From an uncultured archaeon (GTDB taxonomy: Archaea > Asgardarchaeota > Lokiarchaeia > Sigyniarchaeales > SOKP01): a DNA stretch of 27,208 nt. Location: NCBI GenBank assembly GCA_964493715.1, contig CAZBPC010000041.1, positions 1-27,208 of the forward strand, written 5' to 3'. Position numbers and translations under genes: made by a program. Positions within the stretch are counted from its first letter, which is position 1. Every line of letters starts with the position of its first letter. The notes below the pieces were generated by a model. The model had not been told where the DNA came from, ran no database searches, and saw nothing but the letters and a program-made list of their open reading frames with translations. This document shows, piece after piece, positions 9,098-18,324 of this stretch.

Positions 9098-12000
9098 TTA
9101 GATCCTCCCAGTTATCATTTCAAATATTTGTCCACCTGTAAAGCCTAGTATATCTATTGCAGAGCACCGACAATTTCCGGAACATGCGCCACATCCTTTA
9201 CATAAAGCTTGATTAATAGATGCTACTGTGCCGAATCTTCTATCTTCAATTAATTCAATGGCATTATATGCACAATTTTCAATACACATTCCGCAACCAA
9301 TACAACGTGTTATATCAATTCTAGCTGTTTTTCCTTCTGCTTCAATTTCTTCTTTAGAAAGGATTGTACAAGCTCTTGAAACAGCTGCATTTGCTTGAGA
9401 TATGGAATCTTCTATGGTTTTAGGGCAATGTGCCGTTCCCGCTACAAAAACACCCTCCGTTGCAAAATCAACAGGTCTTAACTTTACGTGTGCTTCTAAG
9501 AAGAAGTTATCATCATTTAAAGGTACTTTAAGCATTTTTGCTAATTCCTCTTTCTCTTCTCGATCTGAATATATTCCCGCACTTAAAACTAACCAATCAG
9601 CATGAATGTATAATTTATCATGCCTTGGAGTATGAATTTCCACTTTTAGATCAGGACTGATCTTAGGAGGATCATTCTCGTCATATTGAATAAATATAAC
9701 TCCTAATTCTCTGGCTTTGCGATAATATTGTTCTTTAAACCCATAAGTTCTAATATCTCGAAATAAAACTGTTACTTCTAAGGCAGGATTCAACTCTTTA
9801 GCCAATATGGCATTTTTTATCGCTTCAGCACAACACATTTTACTACAGTATGGGTGTTCATCGTTTCTTGATCCAACACATTGGATCATTACAACAGATT
9901 TTTTATTTTTGATTTGATCCGTCTCATTTAGAATTCTTTCAAATTCAGATTGAAGGATAACATTTTTATTTTGCCCAAAAAGAAATTCTTTTGGTTGATA
10001 TTCCTTAGCTCCAGTAGCAACAACCACAACTCCATGAGTGAATTCTGCTCTTTCTTTATTTTCTCCATAAATAACTGAAGATTTAAAATTGCCTATATAT
10101 CCATCTATATTTTCAATTTGAGCTTCAGTAAATACATGAATATTTTTATGTGTTTTAACCTTATTAATTAATTCCTTATAATAAGCTTGAATGTCTGCTC
10201 CTTCAAGGGTGTGGTAAATATGTTTTGCAAAACCTCCCAACTCCTTTTCTTTTTCCACAAGGTATGTTTCATATTCTTGACTTGCGAAATTTAGTGCTGC
10301 AACCATTCCACTAATCCCCCCTCCTATTACAAGAGTTTTGGGAGTCACACTTAACTTGATTCTATCGATTGGTTCTATTTGTCTAGCTTTATTAACAGCC
10401 ATGCGAACAAGGTCCTTTGCCTTCTCTGTGGCAGCTTCCCAATCATTCATGTGGACCCAAGAGCATTGATCCCGAATATTTGCCATTTGGAAAAGGTATC
10501 TATTTAATCCTGCCTCTCTAATCGTCTCTTGAAACAATGGTTCATGTGTTCTAGGAGTACAAGACGCGACAATAACTCTATTTAAATTATACTCTTGAAC
10601 TTTTTCCTTTATAATAGTTTGGGTATCAGCAGAACATGTATATAGGTTTCGGTCTGACATCACTACATTAGGCAAGGTTTTTGCATATCTTGTAACTTCT
10701 GGTACATCTAAAAAACCTCCAATATTTATACCACAATGACAAATAAAGACACCTATCCTAGGTGGTTGGCCACTTACAAAGATTTCGGGAGGTAAAGTTT
10801 TTTCAGTTATTAAAGTCCCTTTTTTCTCATAAAGAAGTTGGTTTACACATCCAGCAGCTGCACTGGCTTGTGTTACCGTGTCGGGGATGTCTTTTGGAGA
10901 AGAAAATGCACCACAAACAAATATTCCTGGTCTTGTAGTTTGGACTGGATTAAACAGATCTGTTTTTGCAAAATCGTACTGATTTAATTCCACTCCAAAT
11001 TTATCAGCAAGATTTTTTGCATCATTAGGAGGATTTAATCCTACAGCAAGTACGACCATATGAAAATCTTCTTCAATTATTTTTCCATCTTGGGTTTCAT
11101 ATTTCAATCTTAAATCTTTCGTTTCGGGTACTTCCTTTATTGATGAAACTCTGCTTCTGATATATTTAACTCCATATTGTTCCCGAGCACGTATAATATA
11201 TTTATCAAAATCTTTACCATAAGCTCTAACATCCATGCTAAAAATTGTAGGTTTTATTTGATGCATGTGTTCATGAGCGATTACAGCCTCTTTTGCTGTA
11301 TACATGCAGCAGACTGAGGAACAGTAAGGCTTCCCCACTCCCGAATTATCCCGAGAACCTATACATTGCAAAAATGCCACTTTTTCAGGAATATCCCCAT
11401 CTGAAGGTCTAAGAACTCTTCCAGAGTATGGACCACTCGCACTTAAAATTCTTTCAAATTCAATACTAGTAACAACATTTTTATATTTACCATAACCGTA
11501 GAGATTCGCTTCCTTGGGGACATATTCATCAAAACCGGGTGATAAAACTATTGCTCCCACATTTATATCCACAATTTCATCTTCCCGATCATACTCCACT
11601 GCTTTAGCTTTACACACACCATAGCATATTCCACAACCAATACAAGCATCTCTATTAATTGCGTAGAGTAAGGGTACTGCCTGTGGATACTTTACTGAGG
11701 TTGCCCCATATTTAGCTAACTTTTCATTAAATAAATCGATTGCTTCAATTGGACATTCACGACCGCAAACTCCGCATCCTGTACATTTTTTCGGGTTAAT
11801 AAATAACGATTTCTTTCTCACCTTGACGGTAAAATTACCTGCTTCACCACTAACATTCTCTATTATACAATTAATGCTCAAATCAATATTTTGGTGACGA
11901 CCTGTTTCAACTAATTTAGGTGAAACAATACACATGGCGCAATCATTAGTCGGGAAAGTTTTATCGAGTTGAGCCATCACTCCTCCAATACTAGTGGAAG

Positions 12001-12103
12001 ACTCAATCAAATATACTTTATAACCCGAATCTGCTAAATCTAGGGAAGCTTGCGACCCTCCTATTCCCGCTCCTACAATCATTACAGCTCCGACTTTATC
12101 CAT
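9098..12103 (-). CDS. hdrA: Large heterodisulfide reductase subunit A-like protein (two FAD-domain repeats, 1001 aa)
   Basis: GAGIGG, KTFPTNDCAMC, inserted ferredoxin, QCIGSR, YCSSVCC, central GVFICHCG/CTPRTHE/NIRDQCSWVH domain, second GGGISG, EAHVKLRPVDF, C-terminal ferredoxin. Confidence 0.95.
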   Translation of the reverse strand: MDKVGAVMIVGAGIGGSQASLDLADSGYKVYLIESSTSIGGVMAQLDKTFPTNDCAMCIVSPKLVETGRHQNIDLSINCIIENVSGEAGNFTVKVRKKSLFINPKKCTGCGVCGRECPIEAIDLFNEKLAKYGATSVKYPQAVPLLYAINRDACIGCGICYGVCKAKAVEYDREDEIVDINVGAIVLSPGFDEYVPKEANLYGYGKYKNVVTSIEFERILSASGPYSGRVLRPSDGDIPEKVAFLQCIGSRDNSGVGKPYCSSVCCMYTAKEAVIAHEHMHQIKPTIFSMDVRAYGKDFDKYIIRAREQYGVKYIRSRVSSIKEVPETKDLRLKYETQDGKIIEEDFHMVVLAVGLNPPNDAKNLADKFGVELNQYDFAKTDLFNPVQTTRPGIFVCGAFSSPKDIPDTVTQASAAAGCVNQLLYEKKGTLITEKTLPPEIFVSGQPPRIGVFICHCGINIGGFLDVPEVTRYAKTLPNVVMSDRNLYTCSADTQTIIKEKVQEYNLNRVIVASCTPRTHEPLFQETIREAGLNRYLFQMANIRDQCSWVHMNDWEAATEKAKDLVRMAVNKARQIEPIDRIKLSVTPKTLVIGGGISGMVAALNFASQEYETYLVEKEKELGGFAKHIYHTLEGADIQAYYKELINKVKTHKNIHVFTEAQIENIDGYIGNFKSSVIYGENKERAEFTHGVVVVATGAKEYQPKEFLFGQNKNVILQSEFERILNETDQIKNKKSVVMIQCVGSRNDEHPYCSKMCCAEAIKNAILAKELNPALEVTVLFRDIRTYGFKEQYYRKARELGVIFIQYDENDPPKISPDLKVEIHTPRHDKLYIHADWLVLSAGIYSDREEKEELAKMLKVPLNDDNFFLEAHVKLRPVDFATEGVFVAGTAHCPKTIEDSISQANAAVSRACTILSKEEIEAEGKTARIDITRCIGCGMCIENCAYNAIELIEDRRFGTVASINQALCKGCGACSGNCRCSAIDILGFTGGQIFEMITGRI

Positions 12104-12115
12104 TATTCTCTCCTC

Positions 12116-12877
12116 TCACATCTTCATATAAATTGGTGTATTTTTAATAATTTCTTGAAAGTCAACCTGAGCACGACTTTTTAAAATCAACATATGTTCT
12201 AGAATTATACTTGGATCAATTTTCAGTTCAGAACCTAAGGCTTTTACCGATTTTGATTCATCTTCTAAAGCAATTAGTATTCGATGGCGATCGAATTCTT
12301 CTTTTATGGCTTGAGACATTATTTCCTTATATTTTTTTAAAGGGTATTTTTCACCATAGACATTCTCTTCCTCAGTAATTTTCCTTTCTCTACCTACCAA
12401 AGCTCGCATTCTATTACTCCCCGCTGCTAACTTAATAGCTCTTACTTTATTAATTAATTCCTTATCAGGAGAATCTCCACCTAGAGGCGATGGTCCTAAT
12501 TTTTTGATATCATTCACGAATTTAGATACAACATTTCCATATCTCACGCCTTCAGAAGCGGAAACCCAATCTAATCTAATTCTATTATCAAGACCTACAA
12601 GTTTAAGGAATTCTTGAGTCATTTCAAACTTCATTACGGCTTCATAATTTCCTTCAAGATAATGACAATCTCCGAGATGGCATCCCATGACATAAACTCC
12701 ATCAATTCCTAACTCGAGAGCTTGAATAATAAACTTAGGATCAATTCGACCACTACACATTACTCTTATTACTCTCATGTTTGGAGGATATTGAATTCTA
12801 CTGACTCCTGCCAAATCAGCTCCTGCATAAGAACACCAATTACACAAAAATCCTAATAATTTCGGTTCAAAACTCAT
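12116..12877 (-). CDS. mvhD: MvhD-like subunit with C-terminal helical/wHTH-like extension
   Basis: FLCNWCSYAGAD, MCSGRI, GCHLGDCHY, WVSASEG, then about 120 extra aa. Start moved to ATG 12877 after GGAGGGA. Confidence 0.9.
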   Translation of the reverse strand: MSFEPKLLGFLCNWCSYAGADLAGVSRIQYPPNMRVIRVMCSGRIDPKFIIQALELGIDGVYVMGCHLGDCHYLEGNYEAVMKFEMTQEFLKLVGLDNRIRLDWVSASEGVRYGNVVSKFVNDIKKLGPSPLGGDSPDKELINKVRAIKLAAGSNRMRALVGRERKITEEENVYGEKYPLKKYKEIMSQAIKEEFDRHRILIALEDESKSVKALGSELKIDPSIILEHMLILKSRAQVDFQEIIKNTPIYMKM

Positions 12878-12878
12878 T

Positions 12879-14567
12879 TTATTTCCCTCCATATGCAAGT
12901 ATTTCAGACATTATTTGATCATCGGTAAAATGCCTTATCACTATTGCTTGATTCGTGCATGTAGCTCCACAAACTCCACATCCTTTACAAAGCGCTTCGA
13001 TTATCTCGATTTCATCATCTTCATTTTTAATTATTGCATGAAATGGACACACTTTTATACATATTTCACAACCAGTACATAATTTTTTATTATATACTGG
13101 TAAATTTGAAGTGGACCCTTCTACTTCAATAGTATTATGAGAAAGAATAGTACTCGCTCGGGAGGCTGCTGAATATCCCTGTGCTATAGATTCAGTGATA
13201 TCTACGGGCCATTTTGCAGATCCCCCAATAAATACGCCATCTGTGGCGAAATCACTTGGTCTTAATTTTACGTGTGCTTCAAGAAAGAAATTATTACTCT
13301 CTGTTGGCACTTTTAGCATCTGAGCAAGATCCTTATTATCTGAATTTGCAACTAAAGGGGTCGATAACACTAAAAGATCATAAGGGATGAGCATTTCTTC
13401 TCCCATATATTCATTATAGACTCTAATATGGTTTTCTTCAACAATCGGATTTCTATCCTCATCATATCTAATAAAAAGAATACCTTCTTCTCGAGCCTTT
13501 CTATAATATTCTTCATATTCTGTTCCAGGAGTATATAAATCTCTAAAAAGTATAGAAATGTGCGTTTCTGGACTTTTTTCTTTAATAATTAAGGCATTTT
13601 TGAGAGCCGTCATGCAACAAACACTGGAGCAATAGGGTCTTTTATCGTTCCGAGAACCAGCACATTGAATCATTACCACTTCTTTGGCTTTGATTTGCTT
13701 ATTCTTCAGTTTTGGCTCCAATTCATATTGAGTAATGATTTTTTGTCCATCATACTTAAATAATCCTTGTGGATCGAGGATTGAAGAACCAACAGCTACA
13801 ATAATAATCCCTACCTTTAGGTTCACATCCTTACCATTTTGGAGAAGCTCTATTTCGTAGTTACCTACAAATCCGTCGATATTTGTGATCTTTGTTGATA
13901 ATAAAATTTCTAGATTTGGAGAATTATTGAGATTTGTAATGAGCTTATCTAAAAGAACGGATGCTTCAATATCATATGGAAATAGCTTATATAAATTATT
14001 TAATCTCCCACCTAAACGATCATCTCTTTCTACTAAATAAGTTTTAAATCCTTGCCGGCTTAAATTAAGTGCGGCACTCATACCAGTGACTCCTCCACCA
14101 ATAACTAGACCAATAGGATTTATATCTAATTTTATCATATCCAAAGGTTTAAGCTTTTCCGCTTTCGCTACACCCATTTTAACTAAATCTGCAGCTTTAG
14201 CATAGGCACCCTCTGGATCCTTCATGTGAACCCAAGTGCATTGGTCCCTAATATTAACGAAATTAAACAAGTAGGGATTCAAGCCAGCTTCAGAAATACA
14301 TTCCCGAAATAAAGGTTCATGAGTTCGTGGAGTACATGACGCCACAACTACGCGATTTAGATTATTTTCTTTAATAGCAGTCTTGATAGCTGTTAATCCA
14401 GTTTCAGAGCACGTATATAAATTATCCTCACTATGAGCAACACCATGTAACGTACCTGCATACTCAGCTAAGCCCTTACAGTCAATTAATCCTCCAATAT
14501 TAGAACCACAATGACATATAAAGACTCCTACTCTAACATCTTCTTCCTTTTTTTCTTCTTCAACCAT
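12879..14567 (-). CDS. hdrA: HdrA-like protein, C-terminal half of a split large HdrA
   Basis: VGVFICHCG, CTPRTHEPLF, NIRDQCTWVH, GGGVTG, QCAGSR, YCSSVCC, EAHVKLRP, C-terminal ferredoxin. Start moved to ATG 14567 (MVEEEKK). Confidence 0.92.
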   Translation of the reverse strand: MVEEEKKEEDVRVGVFICHCGSNIGGLIDCKGLAEYAGTLHGVAHSEDNLYTCSETGLTAIKTAIKENNLNRVVVASCTPRTHEPLFRECISEAGLNPYLFNFVNIRDQCTWVHMKDPEGAYAKAADLVKMGVAKAEKLKPLDMIKLDINPIGLVIGGGVTGMSAALNLSRQGFKTYLVERDDRLGGRLNNLYKLFPYDIEASVLLDKLITNLNNSPNLEILLSTKITNIDGFVGNYEIELLQNGKDVNLKVGIIIVAVGSSILDPQGLFKYDGQKIITQYELEPKLKNKQIKAKEVVMIQCAGSRNDKRPYCSSVCCMTALKNALIIKEKSPETHISILFRDLYTPGTEYEEYYRKAREEGILFIRYDEDRNPIVEENHIRVYNEYMGEEMLIPYDLLVLSTPLVANSDNKDLAQMLKVPTESNNFFLEAHVKLRPSDFATDGVFIGGSAKWPVDITESIAQGYSAASRASTILSHNTIEVEGSTSNLPVYNKKLCTGCEICIKVCPFHAIIKNEDDEIEIIEALCKGCGVCGATCTNQAIVIRHFTDDQIMSEILAYGGK

Positions 14568-14574
14568 TATAATT

Positions 14575-15882
14575 CTACACTCCTCTAATAACTTCTGCTG
14601 CTCTTGCTGCTGCTCCACTTGCTTCAGCTACAGAACGCGGAATATCCATAGGTTCATGAACACATCCACATGTGAAAATTCCATTTTTACTCGTTTCTAC
14701 TGGTATAAATGGGGTTGTTTTTATGAAATTGTAATCATTTAATTCAATATCTAAAATTTCAGCTAAATTCTCAATTCCATCAGGTGGAATTATACATGTA
14801 GCCAAAACTACAAGATCAACCTGAATTTGTTTAATTTTACCATCTTCATAATCCTCATATACAATAATCGGATTTTCATCTTTATCAATATCAATTTGAG
14901 CAATCTTGCTTTTAATATAATTGATATTATAATCTGAGGCTCCTCTACGAAGGAAAGATTGAAATCCTTTTCCACCCGCTCTCATATCAATATAAAATAC
15001 ATAAGACTCCAGACTATTATCATGTTCATAAGCAATCATAGCCTCTTTCGTGGTGTACATGCAACATATTGAAGAGCAATATTTCTCAAATCGATCTGAA
15101 CGAGAACCTATGCATTGCAAAAATGCTATCTTTTTTGGGGTTTCTCCATCCGAAAATCGTTTAATATGACCACCTTGAGGTCCAGAAGCACATTCCATTC
15201 GTTCAAATTCTAATGCAGTAACTACATTTCTGAATTTACCATAACCATAACTATTTAATGCTTCAGTCTCAATATCTTCAACTAAATTATATCCCGTGGC
15301 AACCACTATAGAACCAACATTATTCAAGGTAATTGTTTGGTCTTGTTGTTCAAAATCAATCGCATCTCTTTCACATGTTTTTTCACATATCCTACAAGCA
15401 TTTTTAGTAAACCATAAGCATTTTTCTTTATCAATCGTCATGACTGCAGGGACTCCTTGAAGATAATACATGTAAATTGCCCTTCGCTTTCTTATTTCAC
15501 GATCAAATTCATCTTCAACCCTCATTGGACATTTTTCAGTACACAATCCACAATTAATGCATTCACTCTCTTTAACGTATCGAGCATGTTTTAAAATCTC
15601 AACTGAGAAATTTCCTGCTGAACCTTTCACCTTTTGAACTTCTGAATATGAATGGAGTGTAATATTAGGATGTCTGAAGCATTCAGATAATTTTGGCGCT
15701 AAGATGCATATTGAACAGTCATTTGTTGGAAAAGTCTTATCTAATTGTGCCATTTTTCCACCAATACACGGTTTTTTTTCCACCATATCAACATGTATTC
15801 CCATACCTGCTAAATCCAATGCTGCTTGAATTCCTGCAATCCCCCCACCAATAACTAAGGCAGTCTTTGAATTTTTCTCCAA
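14575..15882 (-). CDS. hdrA: HdrA-like protein, N-terminal half of a split large HdrA
   Basis: GGGIAG, KTFPTNDCSICILAP, ferredoxin CINCGLCTEKCP, QCIGSR, YCSSICC, PMDIP.SV..AS.AA; TTG start, TAG stop. Confidence 0.92.
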   Translation of the reverse strand: MEKNSKTALVIGGGIAGIQAALDLAGMGIHVDMVEKKPCIGGKMAQLDKTFPTNDCSICILAPKLSECFRHPNITLHSYSEVQKVKGSAGNFSVEILKHARYVKESECINCGLCTEKCPMRVEDEFDREIRKRRAIYMYYLQGVPAVMTIDKEKCLWFTKNACRICEKTCERDAIDFEQQDQTITLNNVGSIVVATGYNLVEDIETEALNSYGYGKFRNVVTALEFERMECASGPQGGHIKRFSDGETPKKIAFLQCIGSRSDRFEKYCSSICCMYTTKEAMIAYEHDNSLESYVFYIDMRAGGKGFQSFLRRGASDYNINYIKSKIAQIDIDKDENPIIVYEDYEDGKIKQIQVDLVVLATCIIPPDGIENLAEILDIELNDYNFIKTTPFIPVETSKNGIFTCGCVHEPMDIPRSVAEASGAAARAAEVIRGV

Positions 15883-15934
15883 ATTTTCTTCACTTATTAT
15901 TAGTTTTATTTTTATTTTTATTTATTAATAGAGA

Positions 15935-16810
15935 TTAAACATCAAATCCTATACTTTCGAATAATTCGCTTGGTTTAATGCGATGAAAGTTAAATCCTAA
16001 TTCTTCTGGTTTAAACCCAAATGACAAAGCTATCAGTTCTGATAAGTAAAAGATCGGAATATTGTATTCTGAATTATTCTTCTTATTAAGTTCTTTTTGA
16101 TTATACTCAAATTGCTGATAACAAGCAGGACATACAACAACAACACAGTTTGCACCAGCTTCTTGAATTGCTTTCAATTTGTTGTCTATCATTTGCAGAG
16201 ATAAATCTTTATCTGATTTTTCAAGAGGATTTCCGCAACACTCCATTTTTTGCTCATAATCTACGGATTCCGCCTGCAATGCCTTCACGATTTCATCCAA
16301 TGTCACTGGTTCAAAGGGATCGTCCCATTTAATAATCTCCGAAGGTCTTAAATAATGGCAACCGTAATGAACCGCAACCTTAAATCCTTCCAAGGGTTTT
16401 TCTAAATTTTTTTTTACTTTATCTAAGTTTTCATAAAGGACTTGAGCAAAGTGTTTTACCTCAGTTTTACCCTCATATGCCTTTCCAATCTTTTTTAAAT
16501 GTTTATTAACTTGTTCTTTTGCGTTTACATCCTTATTAATAAAATAATTAACACCTTTCAATGTTTCAACGCATCCAGAACAGAAAGATACGACTCCTCC
16601 ATTATTATCACACAAACTTAAATTCCTTGCACCCAAAGTTAACCATGTTTCGTGGTCAATTAGCTCAATCCCAGTAGGATCAGGACAACAACTAAATCCG
16701 TCAACATCTCGTAATTCTATACCAAGCTTTTCAAAAATTTTTCTTGAAGACACCTCTAAATAAGGTAATCTTGCTGGAATAACACAACCTAAAAATAAAT
16801 CGTACGCCAT
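15935..16810 (-). CDS. hdrB: Heterodisulfide reductase subunit B
   Basis: FLGCVIP, SCCP, CSGC, VAVHYGCH.LRP, CCG, CPAC..QF (two CCG domains). Confidence 0.96.
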   Translation of the reverse strand: MAYDLFLGCVIPARLPYLEVSSRKIFEKLGIELRDVDGFSCCPDPTGIELIDHETWLTLGARNLSLCDNNGGVVSFCSGCVETLKGVNYFINKDVNAKEQVNKHLKKIGKAYEGKTEVKHFAQVLYENLDKVKKNLEKPLEGFKVAVHYGCHYLRPSEIIKWDDPFEPVTLDEIVKALQAESVDYEQKMECCGNPLEKSDKDLSLQMIDNKLKAIQEAGANCVVVVCPACYQQFEYNQKELNKKNNSEYNIPIFYLSELIALSFGFKPEELGFNFHRIKPSELFESIGFDV

Positions 16811-16811
16811 T

Positions 16812-17309
16812 TTATTCTGTCCCCCTCAAGATGTTTTTGTCAAAATTTGTCTCATTCAGTAATACTTGAATCTCTTCCACTGAAGCGACTTTAATCTTGG
16901 GAAGACCTAGTTTTTTGCGTCTCGCAATGATTGAATTTGAATAAGGAATAGCAACTCCATTATCAAACACTGCTTTACCCTGGGAGTAAAATGCTTCAGG
17001 AAATTTCTGCTCTTCAAAACATAAATTCTTTACCAAAGTAAATATCTCCGTCAATTCAACCTTTTGAGGACACAACTCAACACATTTTTGACAAGTCGAA
17101 CATAGCCAGGGATTAGGATCCTGACTCTCAATTAATTTATCCTTTAACCCTAATATTGCTTCTTCAATTATTTTCCTAGGATTATACTTACCCTCAGTAA
17201 GTAAAGCCACGGGACATCCACCAGAACAAGTTGAACATTGGTAACAATAACTCAAGGATGCATTATGCTTGAGCACTTCATTCCTAAACTCGTAATTTAT
17301 TACACTCAT
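16812..17309 (-). CDS. hdrC: Heterodisulfide reductase subunit C
   Basis: CYQCSTCSGGCP, NPRKII, WLCSTCQKCVELCP, RKKLGLP; directly upstream of hdrB. Confidence 0.95.
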   Translation of the reverse strand: MSVINYEFRNEVLKHNASLSYCYQCSTCSGGCPVALLTEGKYNPRKIIEEAILGLKDKLIESQDPNPWLCSTCQKCVELCPQKVELTEIFTLVKNLCFEEQKFPEAFYSQGKAVFDNGVAIPYSNSIIARRKKLGLPKIKVASVEEIQVLLNETNFDKNILRGTE

Positions 17310-17583
17310 TATAATTATCCTAATTTTTTTTCATTAATTTGAAGGAAATCTTTTTACATTATTGTCGTGTTATCAAAAGCATTTTTTTCCTTAAATTTCT
17401 TAAATATAACACACTTTTAAATTTTTTATAAAATTTCGAAATAATTTTCATCTTTATGAAATAAATATATCACAATGATATCTCTAATTTCAATTATCCA
17501 CAATTTTCCAGATTATGAACTATCAAATTAAAGATATATAGCTGAATTTCTCTCCCTAATTTCATTTAATATATTAAATTGCT

Positions 17584-17871
17584 CTATTTCGAATCTAATT
17601 GTTTTTGAATATCAATCACAATTGGGATTTCGCTATCTTTTTTTCTTATTACCACTTTCAATAAGCCATCCTCAATCGTGGTGCTAATCGGATGGAACTG
17701 ATCAGCCTCTTCAATCTCTCCCTCCGCATTAACATTTTCAGGTTTTGCTTTCGTTTTCAGGCAGGTATGATGTTCATCATATAACACGCACTTTGAACAA
17801 CAGAACCCAACAGGCATGTATCCTACGATGGAACAACGATCGTAAGCATCACAATTGCAACTATTACACAT
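17584..17871 (-). CDS. Cys-rich small protein, paralog 3 (95 aa)
   Basis: MCNSCNCDAYDRCSIVG...FCCSKC..Y.....C; shares motif with the two upstream ORFs. Confidence 0.85.
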   Translation of the reverse strand: MCNSCNCDAYDRCSIVGYMPVGFCCSKCVLYDEHHTCLKTKAKPENVNAEGEIEEADQFHPISTTIEDGLLKVVIRKKDSEIPIVIDIQKQLDSK

Positions 17872-17876
17872 GAGAA

Positions 17877-18116
17877 TTACCTCTTGTTTATAATTAGAGT
17901 GACTTCTTCACTTTTCTCTTCAGTTTTATTTTCCATATTTGCAGTAACATGGATATGCTGTTTTGGATCCAATTTCGAAATGTCCAACTGATAATGCTCA
18001 CAAGAATGCCTTAATTCATAACCCACACATTGATCACAACAAAAATGAATGGGCATGCAACCTACTATCGAACATCTATCATACATATCATTACTACATT
18101 GACAATGATTACACAT
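17877..18116 (-). CDS. Cys-rich small protein, paralog 2 (79 aa)
   Basis: MCNHCQC..MYDRCSIVG...FCCDQC..Y.....C. Start moved to ATG 18116 from paralog alignment and the GAGGTG SD. Confidence 0.85.
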   Translation of the reverse strand: MCNHCQCSNDMYDRCSIVGCMPIHFCCDQCVGYELRHSCEHYQLDISKLDPKQHIHVTANMENKTEEKSEEVTLIINKR

Positions 18117-18132
18117 GATTTTCACCTCTTTT

Positions 18133-18315
18133 TTACGCATTCAAGACCTCAAGATGTGCAGTAAGAGCAGGATTAACTCTTTTTACACGCACTTGCGATC
18201 GAATGCAATCAAGTGATTCGTTATAGAGCTCACATCTTGGACAACAAAATCCTATAGAAACACATCCTACTATAGAACATCGATCAAGATTATCACACGA
18301 GCAAGAATTACACAT
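18133..18315 (-). CDS. Cys-rich small protein, paralog 1 (60 aa)
   Basis: MCNSCSCDNLDRCSIVG...FCCPRC..Y.....C. Confidence 0.85.
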   Translation of the reverse strand: MCNSCSCDNLDRCSIVGCVSIGFCCPRCELYNESLDCIRSQVRVKRVNPALTAHLEVLNA

Positions 18316-18324
18316 TTTTTATTT

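Noticed and set aside
12101-12118. TGA stop of extended mvhD is in frame with the next hdrA (TGA GAG GAG AGA ATA ATG), allowing a possible read-through fusion
   Set aside because: The 12-nt spacer is an SD-like GAGGAG at normal spacing, being in frame has a one-in-three chance, and the position is not a Cys-equivalent site.
8643-15882. Selenocysteine recoding in HdrA/MvhD, which are known selenoprotein families in Lokiarchaeota and Methanococcales
   Set aside because: The Sec-equivalent positions are ordinary Cys (TFPTNDCAMC, TFPTNDCSIC, CNWCSY, GCHxGDC). There is no internal TGA, the HdrA split uses TAG, and I saw no convincing SECIS.
17494-17502. Perfect bacterial DnaA box TTATCCACA upstream of hdrC
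   Set aside because: Single copy in an archaeal genome with no origin context; expected by chance
17584-18315. Cys-rich triplet as RiPP (ranthipeptide/sactipeptide) precursors
   Set aside because: No radical SAM enzyme, peptidase or transporter nearby, and the Cys-rich part is the conserved N-terminus rather than a variable core behind a leader
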